Notes: generated by a model not told the origin, from the sequence alone. 63,740 nucleotides of DNA, filler included, from Craspedostauros australis (GCA_030167865.1; 11 parts of 11 records of this genome joined end to end with filler, not necessarily neighbours in it), one strand, 5' to 3'; positions 1 to 11,748 are shown, counted from the whole stretch's first letter. Numbers and translations: made by a program.

Positions 1-359
1 TGCTTTGGCCTGTAGTGAGCAGTGTCTTAGTGTATGATGGGTCCTGGAAATTGCTTTGGTTTTGTGTGTTTGGTTATCATGCATGGGTGTGTAGTGAGCA
101 GTTGGTGACATGTTGTGTCATGGCCTTGTCTCTGTGCATGCTTTGTGTGTCTTGTGTGCCTTTGCTACTCGTGTATTGAGGGTTATGGGTTATTAGTGAT
201 GCTGTATCTTGGGTTTTTGTGCATTTCCTTGTTGTGAGCAGTGTGTGAACAGTGTATGGGCAGTGTGTTGTGATTTGGCCATTCAAGCTTGTAGGGAACC
301 GTGTGATCAGTGTGTGTGCACTGTCTGTGTGCTGTCTGTGTGTGTGTGTTGGCCAGTGA

Positions 360-2951
360 GTGAGGGGCTGGAAGTGACTGCAAGTGTGATCCAACATGGT
401 CCATCTTTGAGTCTGATAATGAGTATCATGGAGTAGCCAACCGCATGTGCCACACGTGTATCATGTCATGAGTGTTATGGGGTGTGTATGAACGTTGTTG
501 GATGTGTGATTACCGCAATAGGCAGTGGTGAGAGACTATCCGGAAATGTGTGCAAGTGTGGGATGTTGGGGTGTTGGGGTTTTGTGATCCAACATGGTCC
601 ACTTTGGAGTGTGACAACGAGCATCATGGAGTATCCGACCGCATGTGATACACTTGGTCCATGTCAAAGTAGCTTTGGAGTGTGTATGAGCGTTGTTGGA
701 TGTGTGATTACTGCAGTTGGAGGTGTTGAGATATGGGCTGGAAGTGAGTGCAAGTGTGAGATATTATTGTGATCCAACACAATCCATCATGATCCATCTT
801 TGAGTGTGACAATGATCATGTTGGGGTGGCTGGCTGCATGTGATACACTTGGGCTATGTCATGCGTGGTATGGGTGAGTGCGGCTGTTGTTGGATGTGTA
901 AAGTATTGCTGTTGATGGTGTTGAGCCATGGGCCGGAAGTGACTGCAATTGTGAGATGTTATTGTGATCCATCATCCACCATGGTCCATCTTTGAGGGTG
1001 ACAGTAACAACAAGCATCACTGAGTTGTTGGCCGCATGTTCCACGCTTGTATCGTGCCATGAGTGTTATGGGGGGTGTACGAGCGTTGTTGGTTGTGCCA
1101 ATGACGCAATTGGTGGTGGTGAGAGAGGATCTGGAAATGTGTGCAAGTGTGAGATATTATTCTGATCCATTATGCATTATGGTCCACCTTTGAGTGTGAC
1201 AATGAATATAATTGAGTAGCCAGACGCATGTGCCACGCTTGTATCGTGCCATGAGTGTTATGGGGTGTGTACGAGCATTGTTGGTTGTGCCAATGACGCA
1301 ATTGGTGGTGGTGAGAGAGGATCTGGAAATGTGTGCAAGTGTGAGATATTATTCTGATCCATAATAGTCCAGGTTTGTGTGCAAAACTGAAGATCCTGGA
1401 GTTGCCAGCCACATGTGGTACGGATGTGGTGTGTTGTGTATTGTGTATTGTATGTGCCATGGTGCGTGTGTGAGCGTTCTGGGATGTGCGAGTATTGTTG
1501 TTGGTGTTGTTGTGAGAGTGACCGGAAGCATCTGCACAATTTGAGATTGTGTGATCCATCATGGTCCATCTTTTGAGTGTGAAGGTATCAACGAGTATCT
1601 TTGAGTTGCCAGCCACATGTGATACAGACGTGGTGTATAGTACGCTGTACGCTGTACGTGCTATAGCTATGGAGCGTGTGCATACAATATTGGATGTGTG
1701 ATACACTGCATTAGATGGTGTTTGGAGAGGGACCGGAAATGACAGCATGTGCGAGAAATTGTGCTCCACCATGATCCACATTTGAGTGCGAAGGTAACAA
1801 CAAGTATCATGGAGTTGCCGACCGCATGTGATACGGATGTACCATGTCATGTGTGCCATGAGACATGTGCGAGCGATGTTGGATGTGCGATTAGTGCAGT
1901 TGATCGTGTTGTGAGAGTTAGGGTTAGCCGTTAGGGTTAGGGTTAGCATTGTATCTGCAAGTATGTGATTTTGTGATCCATCTTTGGTTCATCTTTGAGC
2001 GTGAAGGTAACAACAAGCATCATGGAGTTGCCGACCGCATGTGATATGGATGTGGTGTATTGTGTATTGTGTATTGTGTATTGTGTATTGTACGTGCCAT
2101 GGGGCGTGTGTGGGCGTTGTGAGATGCGCGAGTATCAAGGTTGGAGGTGTTGTGAGAGGGGCCAGAAGTGTCTGCTTTTGTGAGATAGTGTGATCCATCA
2201 TCCATCATCCATCATGGTCCATCTTTGAGTGTGAAAACGAACATCATGGCGTTGCCGGTCGCATGTGATATGGATGTGTTGTATTGTGTATTGTGCATGC
2301 CATGGGGCGTGTGTACGCGTTGTGGTATGTGCGAGTATTGCAGCTGATGGTGTTGTGAGAGTTAGGGTTAACCAGAAGCATTGTATCAGCAAGTACGTGA
2401 TTGTGTGATCCATCATGGTCCACATTCGGGTGTGACTGCAATAATGAGCATCATCGAGTTGCCGGCTGCATTTGATGTGGATATGGTGTATTGTGCGTGC
2501 ATGAGACGTGTGCGAGCGTTGTGGGATGTGCGAGTATCGTTGTTGATGGTGTTGTGAGAGTTAGGGTTAGCTGTTAGGGTTAGTATCAGCAAGTGTGAGA
2601 TTTTGGGATTCATCATGGTCCATCTTTGAGTGTTACTGTGGCTGTGACAATGAGCATCCTGTAGTTGCTGGCCAGATGTGTTACGGATGTGCCATGTCAG
2701 GTGTGCCATGGGACATGTGTGATTGTTGGTGGTTGTGCAAGGATTGCAGTTGATGGTGTTGTGAGAGTTAGGGTTAGCCAAAAGCATCTGCTTGCTTGAG
2801 ATTTTGTGATTCATCATCCACCATGGTCCACCTTTGAGTGTTACTGTAATAATGAGCCTCATGGAGCTGCCAACCATATGTGATATTGATGTGGTGTATT
2901 GTGTGCGCCATGGGACGTGTAGTAACATTGTTGGATGTGCGAGGATTGCAG

Positions 2952-2982
<31 letters not shown>

Positions 2983-4390
2983 GAGAGGGACCGGAAGTGG
3001 CTGCAACAGTGAAACTTCATGATCCATTATGGTCCATCTTTGAGTGTGACGGTAACAATGAGCATCATGGAGTGCCCCGCCGCATGTGATACAGATGTGG
3101 CGTGTCATGCGTGGCATGGGACGTGTGCGAACGTTGCTAGATGTGCGAGTATCGCAGTTGATGGTGTTGAGAGAGTTAGGGTTAGCCATAAGTATCTGCA
3201 AGCAAGTTATTGTTTGATCCATCTTGGTTCATCTTTTAGTGTTCCAACAAGCATCATGGAGTTGCCGGACGCATGTGTTTTGGATGTTACATGTCATGCG
3301 TGCTGTAAGACGTGTAGGAACGTTTGTGAGGTGTGCAAATATCGCGTTTGATTGTGCTGTGAGAGTGAGAGTGGCTGGTGGCATTTGCAAGTTTGAGGTT
3401 TTTTGTGATCCATCATCCACCATGGTCCACCTTTGAATGTGACGGTAACAATGAGCATCATGGAGTTGCTGGACGCATGTGTTACGGATGTGGTGTATTG
3501 TGCGTGCCATGGAGAATGTGTGAGCATTGTGTGATGTTCGTGTATTGTGGTTGTTGGTGTTGTGAGAGGGGCCGGAAGTGTCTGCAAGTATGTGATTTTG
3601 TGAGCCATCTTGGTTCATCTTTGAGTATGTCAACGAGCATCATGTCATTGCCGGCCACATGTGATATGGATGTGGCATGTCATGTGTTCCATGCGACGTG
3701 TGCGAGCGTTGTGAGATGTGCAAGGATTGCAGCTGATGGTGTTGTGAGAGTTAGGGTAAGCCAGAAGTATCAGCAAGTTTGAGGTTTTGCAATCCATCAT
3801 GGTCCATCTTTGAGTGTGACAATGGGCATCATGTCGTTGCTGGCCAGATGTGATACAGATGTGGTGTATTGTGTATTGTGTATTGTGTATTGTGCGTGCC
3901 ATGGGGCGTGTGTATGGGATGTTGGATGTGTGACTACCGCAATCGGAGGTGTTAAGAGAGAAGCCGGAAGTGACTGCAAGTGGGTGATTTTGTGATCCTT
4001 CTTGGATCATGTTTGAGTGTGATGGTAACAATGAGCATCATGTCGTTTCTGACCAGATGTGATATGGATGTGGTGTATTCTGCGTTCCATGGGGCGTGTG
4101 TGGGCGTTGTGAGATGTGCAAGTATCACAGCTGATGGTGTTGTGAGAGGGGCCGGAAGTGTCTGCATGTGTGAGATATTGTGATCCATCATCCATCATCC
4201 ATCATCCATCATCCATCATGATCCATCTTTGAGTGTGGCAATGAGCATCATGGAGTTGCCAACCACACGTGCCATGCTTCTACCATGTCATATGTGGTGT
4301 GGGGCACCTCCTGGCATTGTTGGATGTGTGACTACCGCAATCAGAGGTGTTGAGAGAGAGAAGCTGGAAGTGACTGCAAGTGGGTGCTGT
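360..4390. repeat. Diverged tandem satellite, ~20 units of ~200 bp, G/T-rich on the + strand
   Basis: Core CATGGTCCATCTTTGAGTGTGAC...CATCATGGAGTTGCC...GCATGTGATA recurs at about 395, 593, 788, 980, 1178, 1363, 1560, 1770, 1983, 2213, 2414, 2614, 2822, 3028, 3223, 3421, 3609, 3798, 4001 and 4217 (mean spacing ~201 bp). Units are similar along their whole length and contain (TATTGTG)n, (TCCATCA)n and (GTT)n microsatellites. Confidence 0.95.
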
Positions 4391-4427
4391 GTGGTGAGTG
4401 ATGGCAGTTGCTGTGCATTCCATTTCG

Positions 4428-4510
4428 GGTGTGTGAGTGAGTGTGAGTGAGTGTGTGAGTGAGTGAGTGTGTGAGTGTGTGTGTGAGCACGTGTATGTGT
4501 GTGTATGTGT
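4428..4510. repeat. (GTGA)n/(GT)n simple repeat tract
   Basis: Directly visible GTGTGAGTGA/GTGT iterations. Confidence 0.85.
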
Positions 4511-4887
4511 GATGAATTTGTATCAAGGGTTAGGTTGGGCAATACTTTTAGGAGTTAGTTAGGGTATGCATGGTTGGGGTTAGGGTATGGGGTTAGGGTA
4601 TAGGAATGGATATCAGCTAGTTTTTGTTGTGCTGTGAGTGATGGTAAGGGTCAGGGTGTTATGAATTTGTATCAAGGGCTAGGGTGTTGCTGTGTGACGA
4701 ATTTGTATCAAGGGCTAGGGTGTTAATGTGTGTTGGATTTGTATCAAGGGCTAGGGTGTTGCTGTGTGATGAATTTGTATCAAGGGCTAGGGTGTTAATC
4801 GATGATGAATTGGTATCAAGGGTTAGTTTGGGCAATACTTTTAGGAGTTAGTTGCGTGGTTGGGGGTGGGGTATAGGAATGGATATC
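4511..4887. repeat. Second minisatellite with telomere-variant motifs
   Basis: GAATTTGTATCAAGGGCTAGGGTGTT-type units at ~4663, 4699, 4736 and 4771. A ~50-bp block (GATGAATT.GTATCAAGGGTTAG.TTGGGCAATACTTTTAGGAGTTAGTT) occurs at 4511 and 4804. TTAGGG/CTAGGG motifs are dense. Confidence 0.85.
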
Positions 4888-4987
4888 NNNNNNNNNNNNN
4901 NNNNNNNNNNNNNNNNNNNNNNNNNNNNNNNTTAATTAATTAANNNNNNNNNNNNNNNNNNNNNNNNNNNNNNNNNNNNNNNNNNNN
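4888..4987. other. Artificial contig linker N44-TTAATTAATTAA-N44 (first of 10)
   Basis: Identical 100-nt linkers carrying a six-frame stop cassette at 4888-4987, 7226-7325, 9780-9879, 11649-11748, 16026-16125, 37162-37261, 39420-39519, 41229-41328, 59935-60034 and 62540-62639. The run 59612-59703 is an ordinary scaffold gap. Confidence 0.98.
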
Positions 4988-5767
4988 GTGACAGTCCGCA
5001 ACGCTTTGGTCTCGCCGCAGACACACATCACGGAGAGCGTCATCCATCCAAAGCCCGATCCGCGCAACAAGCGCCAATCAACTTTGAAACTGACCGGGAT
5101 TTTGGTGGCGAGCACACTGCTGTACGTTGTCACGCTGCTCGTTGCGGCAATCAGCTTCATCCCAGCCTTTGAGCTATGGATGAATGTGGTCAAGCCACAG
5201 ACATCATTCGAGGCAGTCCCATTGGTAGTGTTATCGGTCATCATCCAGACCATCGTGTGGACCATGCTCTTGCGTGTGCACTCTTTGATCACATTCGCGG
5301 GAAGCAATGAGCGAACGACGCCATGGTGCTTGCCGCTGTACATGGTCTACCAATCGTTTACTTACTCGGTCCATATTTGGTCGCTGTATCCCATGCTCTG
5401 GGGAACACCGATGATCAACAGCGTTCTCCGCTTTCGTGGGGTCACCTTGGAAGGCCGCTTGCTCTACTTCGGTTTCCGCCTCAACGAGCCGACCTACGTC
5501 ACCTTCGCAGATGGATGCGTCGTCGATGAATGTTCGATCACTGGTCACTGCGGCGTATTCTCCCAACTGAGCTTGGGACAGTCGTACGTCAGCGGAGTGT
5601 TGCACCAAAATTGTGCTGTCATGATGGCAACCAAGACGGCAGCAACCGCGGACAAAGCAAGGTTGGCTGAACACGGACCTCAGCATCTCCTCATGAACTC
5701 GGAGCAATCGCTGGGTGGAGGACAAACGCAAACCTCCCAAGAGATGGTCCATTCAGATACAGCTTGA
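4988..5767 (+). CDS. 5'-truncated NRPS-like protein, Pls/PosA-type C-terminal membrane/beta-helix domain (copy A)
   Basis: Open from the contig edge. Two hydrophobic helices, then LWGTPMINSVLRFRGVTLEG...EPTYVTFADGCVVD...H. This resembles the L.GTP..N..LR..G..IG...E...V.IGD...V....H pattern of the terminal domain of poly-amino-acid synthetase-type NRPSs. Confidence 0.65.
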   Translation: MTVRNALVSPQTHITESVIHPKPDPRNKRQSTLKLTGILVASTLLYVVTLLVAAISFIPAFELWMNVVKPQTSFEAVPLVVLSVIIQTIVWTMLLRVHSLITFAGSNERTTPWCLPLYMVYQSFTYSVHIWSLYPMLWGTPMINSVLRFRGVTLEGRLLYFGFRLNEPTYVTFADGCVVDECSITGHCGVFSQLSLGQSYVSGVLHQNCAVMMATKTAATADKARLAEHGPQHLLMNSEQSLGGGQTQTSQEMVHSDTA

Positions 5768-6255
5768 GACCGCACGACGCAATCACGGCATCATTCACCA
5801 TGGAGTTAAGAAGTAGAGAGCTGCTCGGTCAGGAGATTGAGATGTGAGGATTGCAGTCGGATCAGTGGGCGCAGCAATGGAGAGTGAGAAATTCACTGTA
5901 AAATCACTAACTCTCTCCACAGAGCACTCTGCTCTCCCCAACCAATGCCGTAGCTACTTCCAACAGACATGGGTTTGCGAATCCGTTCTGCGCGGCACAT
6001 CAATGATGAACGCTCTGTGGCGGTTCCTCGTTCCCTCCGCCGCCGACGACGCCGTACTGGTAGTACCATCGTTGTGCTGACATTGTATCGGAACCCGTGG
6101 TTGTATTCGTTTGCAGGACGGAAAGATGATGCCGGTTGCCGCCTGCCGACTTGGATCGAGCTTACGTATCACAGTGCGGGCTTTTGCGATTGGCGAGACA
6201 GCCAGTACCGCCTCACTCATCACAAATGCAGCTGTTACTATTCGTCGTCGTCGTC
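5768..6255. repeat. 3' flank shared with 8849-9326
   Basis: Aligns by eye to 8849-9326 (e.g. AGAAATTCACTGTAAAATCACTAACTCTCTCCACAG in both). Homology ends in a (TCG)n tract. Confidence 0.9.
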
Positions 6256-7325
6256 GTCGTCGCTACCGGAAGGGGGTGAATTCGTCCAACGCCACTCGCA
6301 CGGTGCAAGACACGGCTCATCGTCCTTGCTGCAAGCTTATCTTGAAACAAAGGCTGGGATGCCGGCACTGGTGGCGACCAAAGACCAGACGCTCCGATAC
6401 GATGAACGGATTCGAATTGTGTTGGGAGAAGGAGGCGAGTGACGTGCCAAGCTGCGGCAGCGTAAACATGAAGAAGGGTAAAGGATACTGGGAGATGACC
6501 AATCACCAGCCACCAACAGCCACCAATCAACTGAGAGTCAAGCCACCCCGCTGCCCGCTCCAACGAAGAAAGCATTCAGCCGGTGGTCGGGTGATGTAGT
6601 TCCTGCTCTCAATTCTCGCTGCCCACGATTTGATGCGATACGATGCGATGTTCCTCCTCACATCTGCTCTTGAGGGTTATCGTGAGACATTCTTCGTTTC
6701 TGTCATCACGAAGGAACAGCAGTAATCATGGCAACGGTCGTAGTGGTGGCGACGGTGGCAACGCAACCGATCATGTCTGCTCTGGATGATGTTTGAGGTG
6801 ACAGATTGACATGGTGCGGATAGCAAAGCGTTGCATCTGAAGAGTGCCGGAGTGGTGCGGGGAAGCGCGCAGGAAGGGGGAGGCAGCCTCCAGCATCCAA
6901 CTGCGTAGAGAAGATGAAGCGCAACAACGGCACGCAAAGGCACACAAAATGATGCGAAATCGTGTGAAAACATGCAACAGGACTGAGATGGTTGACAGCC
7001 GCCGATTGGCAACGAATAAGAAAGGGCATGCGGGTTGGATGAATTGGCGGTTAACGGGGGTAAATGTCGGCATCAAGGCAGTCGTGCACACGGCTGTCGC
7101 ATCATTCACTCATACCAACTTGTTCATCCAGAGAATGATGGATGGTGCTGCTCCGGATGGTTCACGACAACAGATCCATAACACATAACTTTTCGTTGTT
7201 AGCAAATGACCGACTTGTGTCCTTCNNNNNNNNNNNNNNNNNNNNNNNNNNNNNNNNNNNNNNNNNNNNTTAATTAATTAANNNNNNNNNNNNNNNNNNN
7301 NNNNNNNNNNNNNNNNNNNNNNNNN

Positions 7326-8105
7326 GTGACAGTCCGCAACGCTTTGGTCTCGCCGCAGACACACATCACGGAGAGCGTCATCCATCCAAAGCCCGATCCG
7401 CGCAACAAGCGCCAATCAACTTTGAAACTGACCGGGATTTTGGTGGCGAGCACACTGCTGTACGTTGTCACGCTGCTCGTTGCGGCAATCAGCTTCATCC
7501 CAGCCTTTGAGCTATGGATGAATGTGGTCAAGCCACAGACATCATTCGAGGCAGTCCCATTGGTAGTGTTATCGGTCATCATCCAGACCATCGTGTGGAC
7601 CATGCTCTTGCGTGTGCACTCTTTGATCACATTCGCGGGAAGCAATGAGCGAACGACGCCATGGTGCTTGCCGCTGTACATGGTCTACCAATCGTTTACT
7701 TACTCGGTCCATATTTGGTCGCTGTATCCCATGCTCTGGGGAACACCGATGATCAACAGCGTTCTCCGCTTTCGTGGGGTCACCTTGGAAGGTCGCTTGC
7801 TCTACTTCGGCTTCCGCCTCTACGAGCCAACCTACGTCACCTTCGCAGATGGATGTGTCGTCGATGAATGTTCGATCACTGGTCACAGCGGCGTATTCTA
7901 TCAACTGAGTTTGGGACAGTCGTATGTCAGCGGAGTGTTGCACCAAAATTGTGCTGTCATGATGGCAACCAAGACGGCAGCAACCGCGGACAAAGCAAGG
8001 TTGGCTGAGCATGGACCTCAGCATCTCCTCATGAACTCGGAGCAATCGCTGGGTGGAGGACAAACCCAAATCTCCCAGGAGATGGTCCATTCAGGTACAG
8101 CTTGA
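7326..8105 (+). CDS. 5'-truncated NRPS-like protein, Pls/PosA-type C-terminal domain (copy B)
   Basis: Identical to copy A for the first ~465 nt, then diverges (N>Y, C>S, S>Y, T>I, D>G plus synonymous changes). Confidence 0.65.
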   Translation: MTVRNALVSPQTHITESVIHPKPDPRNKRQSTLKLTGILVASTLLYVVTLLVAAISFIPAFELWMNVVKPQTSFEAVPLVVLSVIIQTIVWTMLLRVHSLITFAGSNERTTPWCLPLYMVYQSFTYSVHIWSLYPMLWGTPMINSVLRFRGVTLEGRLLYFGFRLYEPTYVTFADGCVVDECSITGHSGVFYQLSLGQSYVSGVLHQNCAVMMATKTAATADKARLAEHGPQHLLMNSEQSLGGGQTQISQEMVHSGTA

Positions 8106-8112
8106 GACCGCA

Positions 8113-8848
8113 TAACATATCAGATCAAAAGTCTATATTCACCTTACTCTATGTCAAATCTTGTTCTCTATAGAATGCATCAGGTCACGCAGGAGACTTT
8201 TAGTCATGAACCGTTTTCTCTTTCTCTGTTGACCTCATTTCCCGCATATCCCGACGGCCCTCAGATACCTGTCTTGGTGTCTGAAGGTGGTAGCAAGCTA
8301 ATACATGGATGTCAGGCCCTGCCTGTCATCCTCCTTATGTGTACATGAACATGTATGTCTGAATCCCCAGCAAACCCACCTTCACAGGGCATGTCTACTG
8401 TCTTGTTGAGTGAATGTATCTGAGCATCTTGGCTCAGATACAAGCTCATCAATCCCATCAAATTTGGCAAGATCGCATTTCTGCAATGATTGGATTTGTT
8501 GCATGCATCATTGCTGTTCCAAGAAGCAAGATCAGTATTGGAGGTGCCATGAACCTCCTCAGTCTTGCAAACTTGACAACACCTTCATGCTCTGCACTTC
8601 ATGCACTGCAATTCATGCTCTGCTGTGTGTTGCAACACATGTTGCCTCAGCATCATTTTCATCGTTTCATCTTCATCTGCTCACAATTCAGACTCCAACA
8701 GTTCTGAATTGGGCCAGCTTACATCATCTAATACTATTAACCACTCAGAGCACACTGAAAATTATTACCAGCTTCACTCTACTTCATTTGACGGACCTGA
8801 TCACTCCCAATTTCAAAGTAAGTACCCATTCTTGTCTGTGTTCTATCA
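8113..8848. mobile_element. ~736-bp CpG-poor indel absent from copy A; possible transposon relic
   Basis: Copy A reads GAGACCGCA|CGACGCAATCACGG; copy B reads GAGACCGCA|[736 bp]|CAATGCAATCATGA. The insert has only ~8 CG dinucleotides. No clear terminal repeats or intact ORF. Confidence 0.4.
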
Positions 8849-9879
8849 CAATGCAATCATGACATCATTCACCATGGAGTTTAAGAAGTAGAGAGCTGCA
8901 CGATGGGGAGATTAAGCTGCAAGGATTGCAGTCTGATCAGTGGGCGCAACAATGGAGAGTAAGAAATTCACTGTAAAATCACTAACTCTCTCCACAGGGC
9001 ACTCTGCTCTCCCCAACCATTGCCATAGCTACTTCCAACAGACATGGTTTTGCGAATCCGTTCTCTGTGCCACATCAATGATGAACACTCTGTGGCAGTT
9101 CCTCGTTCTCTCCGCCGCCGACAATGCCGTACTGATAGTACCATCGTTGTGCTGACATTGCATCGGAACCGTCGTCGCATTCGTTTATCGGACGAAAAGA
9201 TGATGCCGATTGCCGCCTGCCGACTTGGATCGAGCTTACGTATCACAGTGCGGGCTTTTGCAATTGGTGAGACAGCCAGTACCGCCTCGGCTATCACAAA
9301 TGCAGCTGATGCTATTCGTCGTCGTCTGTTGAAACAGGTCTCAATCCTGTTACTCATGTAGACCGGGTGGGGCTACAATTGGTTCACTAAGTTAGTTGTT
9401 CTGTTATCCCGGGTTTGTAGGTTGGTGATTCCTCTTTCTCCGTTTTATGAGCTCGACTTGTCTGTCAAAAGTCAACCCATGTCAATCTCCAGTTGCGCTG
9501 CAAACTTGTGTTAGGAATCGAGGGTGCGACTTTGTCGGAATACCAATGATTGCCGCACCTCCCAACATTATTCGCCACAACATTGAACATTATTCGTCAC
9601 ATATTCGGAGACTATTCGTCACATCTTTGAATACCATGTCATTATGACTATGACTAAGGACACGGACATGATTGATACCTGTACTGCCACGAGGAGGGTA
9701 GTCTGTCCTCTGGTAATGTAAGAACGACGCCTATGGCGGATCAGGAGGTCCCGATACCAAACCAACCATGGCAACCATGNNNNNNNNNNNNNNNNNNNNN
9801 NNNNNNNNNNNNNNNNNNNNNNNTTAATTAATTAANNNNNNNNNNNNNNNNNNNNNNNNNNNNNNNNNNNNNNNNNNNN

Positions 9880-10771
9880 GTGGGGTCATGCGACGACCTC
9901 CAATGTGTCGATGCCAACGATGATGTCTCATCGCCTGCAGGCACGTCAGGTCGCAACGCTGAATCGTGCAGTGTTGTGGAATGGTACGCGCATGAGGGAG
10001 TGGAGTACAAGATCATCGGTACGTATTGTACAGTATGGTGCCCTTGCAAAGGGTGGTGTTTGTGGTCATCATCGTTGCATGTTTGCTGTACGTCTGTCCC
10101 TCTCGTTTGTTCCTCTCGTTGGGTCCTCTCGTTTGCACCAGGTCAAACATCGTGGCTTGAGCATCTGACTCGGATGCCCCTTCATGTTGAGAGTGCGGCA
10201 CCAGTACATCTTCGCCACACACTTCCTGCACACCACCCAACGCTCCGATGAACCCAACTCCTCACACTTGCAATTGCAATCGCTGAACAACGAATCTGTC
10301 ATTTCGCATGATGCATTTCACATGATGCATTTCACATGATGCATTACACATTCTGCATTTCACATTCTGGTACCGTGCGAGTAGTGCATGGATCCGTGGA
10401 TCGACCGGCAGATGATCTGTTCGAGTGTGAGGTCATCTTCAAGGTCACATTGGAAGAGGCTGAGTCTTCGGCAAACCAAACCTGCCTCACTGCAACTCAC
10501 ATACCAACTGATGGAACCACCACCATCACCACACTCGATCCAACCATCAAAACCATCGATCAGATGGATCCCACCATTCCCATCACCGTCGATGACTCCG
10601 GAACCACTGCCTCATCTGACAACCACGACGAATACCTATTCTGGTACACTGTCAAGGGAACTGGCACATCCCTCACTGCATCCACTTGCCATCCAGGATC
10701 CATGCTACCAGCCACATCGGCAGCCGCTGCCACTTCCACATCCATCTTCATCCTTGCCAATGATGGCAACG

Positions 10772-10810
<39 letters not shown>

Positions 10811-11648
10811 CATCATGCGACGACCTTCGTCAGCTCATCGATATGACTTCAACAGCTCCATCACCCGAGTTCTTGGTGCACACACCCTGCAATGATCACA
10901 TGTCCGCCACATGGAAGACCACATTCGATCAACAATACTTCGTCGTCGTCAAGCTCACAGTCATTGACAACACAGTCATCGACAACACCTCACTTCATCC
11001 AACCTTCACCCTCACTGTGGAGGATGCCGCTGTCAACGACAAGTGTAGATCGGCCATCGGTCCACTCCCTTTCGATGGACAGTACAGGACCATCACTACA
11101 CGAAGCGCGACCCGCAGTTTCGTCAGCGTCAACGGTGATCGATCCATCACGGACTATCCAACATGTCCCTCCACCCTCTCTTCCATCATGGACAACGTAG
11201 ACAACGTAGACAACATGGATGGAGCGGATGGACGTGATGTGTGGTTCTCCTTCATTGGCAACGGGATGGACCTCATCGCATCCACATGCTCCATCTACAC
11301 ACAGTTCAACACACAGATGACGATGTACCGTGGTGATGAATGCACATCGTTGTCATGTGTGGCTACTTCTGCAACCACCAACGATGGCAATGACTATGAC
11401 AACGACGATACAACTACACCACGTGGAATGGAGATGAACTGCAGCGATGTGTTCTTGAGCGAGGATCGTGACTTCAACAAGATCGCACAGGGCAGAGGAA
11501 GATCCATCCGCTGGACAGCGAAGGAGGACGTCCTGTACTTCATCCGTGTGTCAGGTCGTGATGTGAATGAGGACTATGGTGTGGTGGACTTTCGCATCTC
11601 TCCCAGCAACGATGTGTGCAGTCGAGCGAAAGTGGTGAGGTTGACGGC
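9880..11648 (+). CDS. Internal part of the PPC-like repeat membrane protein (exons 9880-10018 and 10385-11648); same gene as 11749-15028
   Basis: The 5' part is the reverse complement of 11749-12646. GT-AG intron 10019-10384 restores YKIIVHG, matching YYIYVHG and YHILVHG in the other repeats. Truncated at both contig ends. Confidence 0.88.
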
Positions 11649-11748
11649 NNNNNNNNNNNNNNNNNNNNNNNNNNNNNNNNNNNNNNNNNNNNTTAATTAA
11701 TTAANNNNNNNNNNNNNNNNNNNNNNNNNNNNNNNNNNNNNNNNNNNN

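Noticed and set aside
360..4390. CRISPR-like array (regularly spaced conserved core)
   Set aside because: The sequences between cores are homologous to each other, the period is ~200 bp, cores are degenerate, no cas genes are present and the context is eukaryotic.
77..4542. Many His/Thr- or Val/Cys-rich ORFs
   Set aside because: Translations of the satellite; frames shift from unit to unit.
4932..4943. TTAATTAATTAA palindrome as a biological motif, and ORFs running into N runs
   Set aside because: A synthetic six-frame stop cassette, identical in all 10 linkers.
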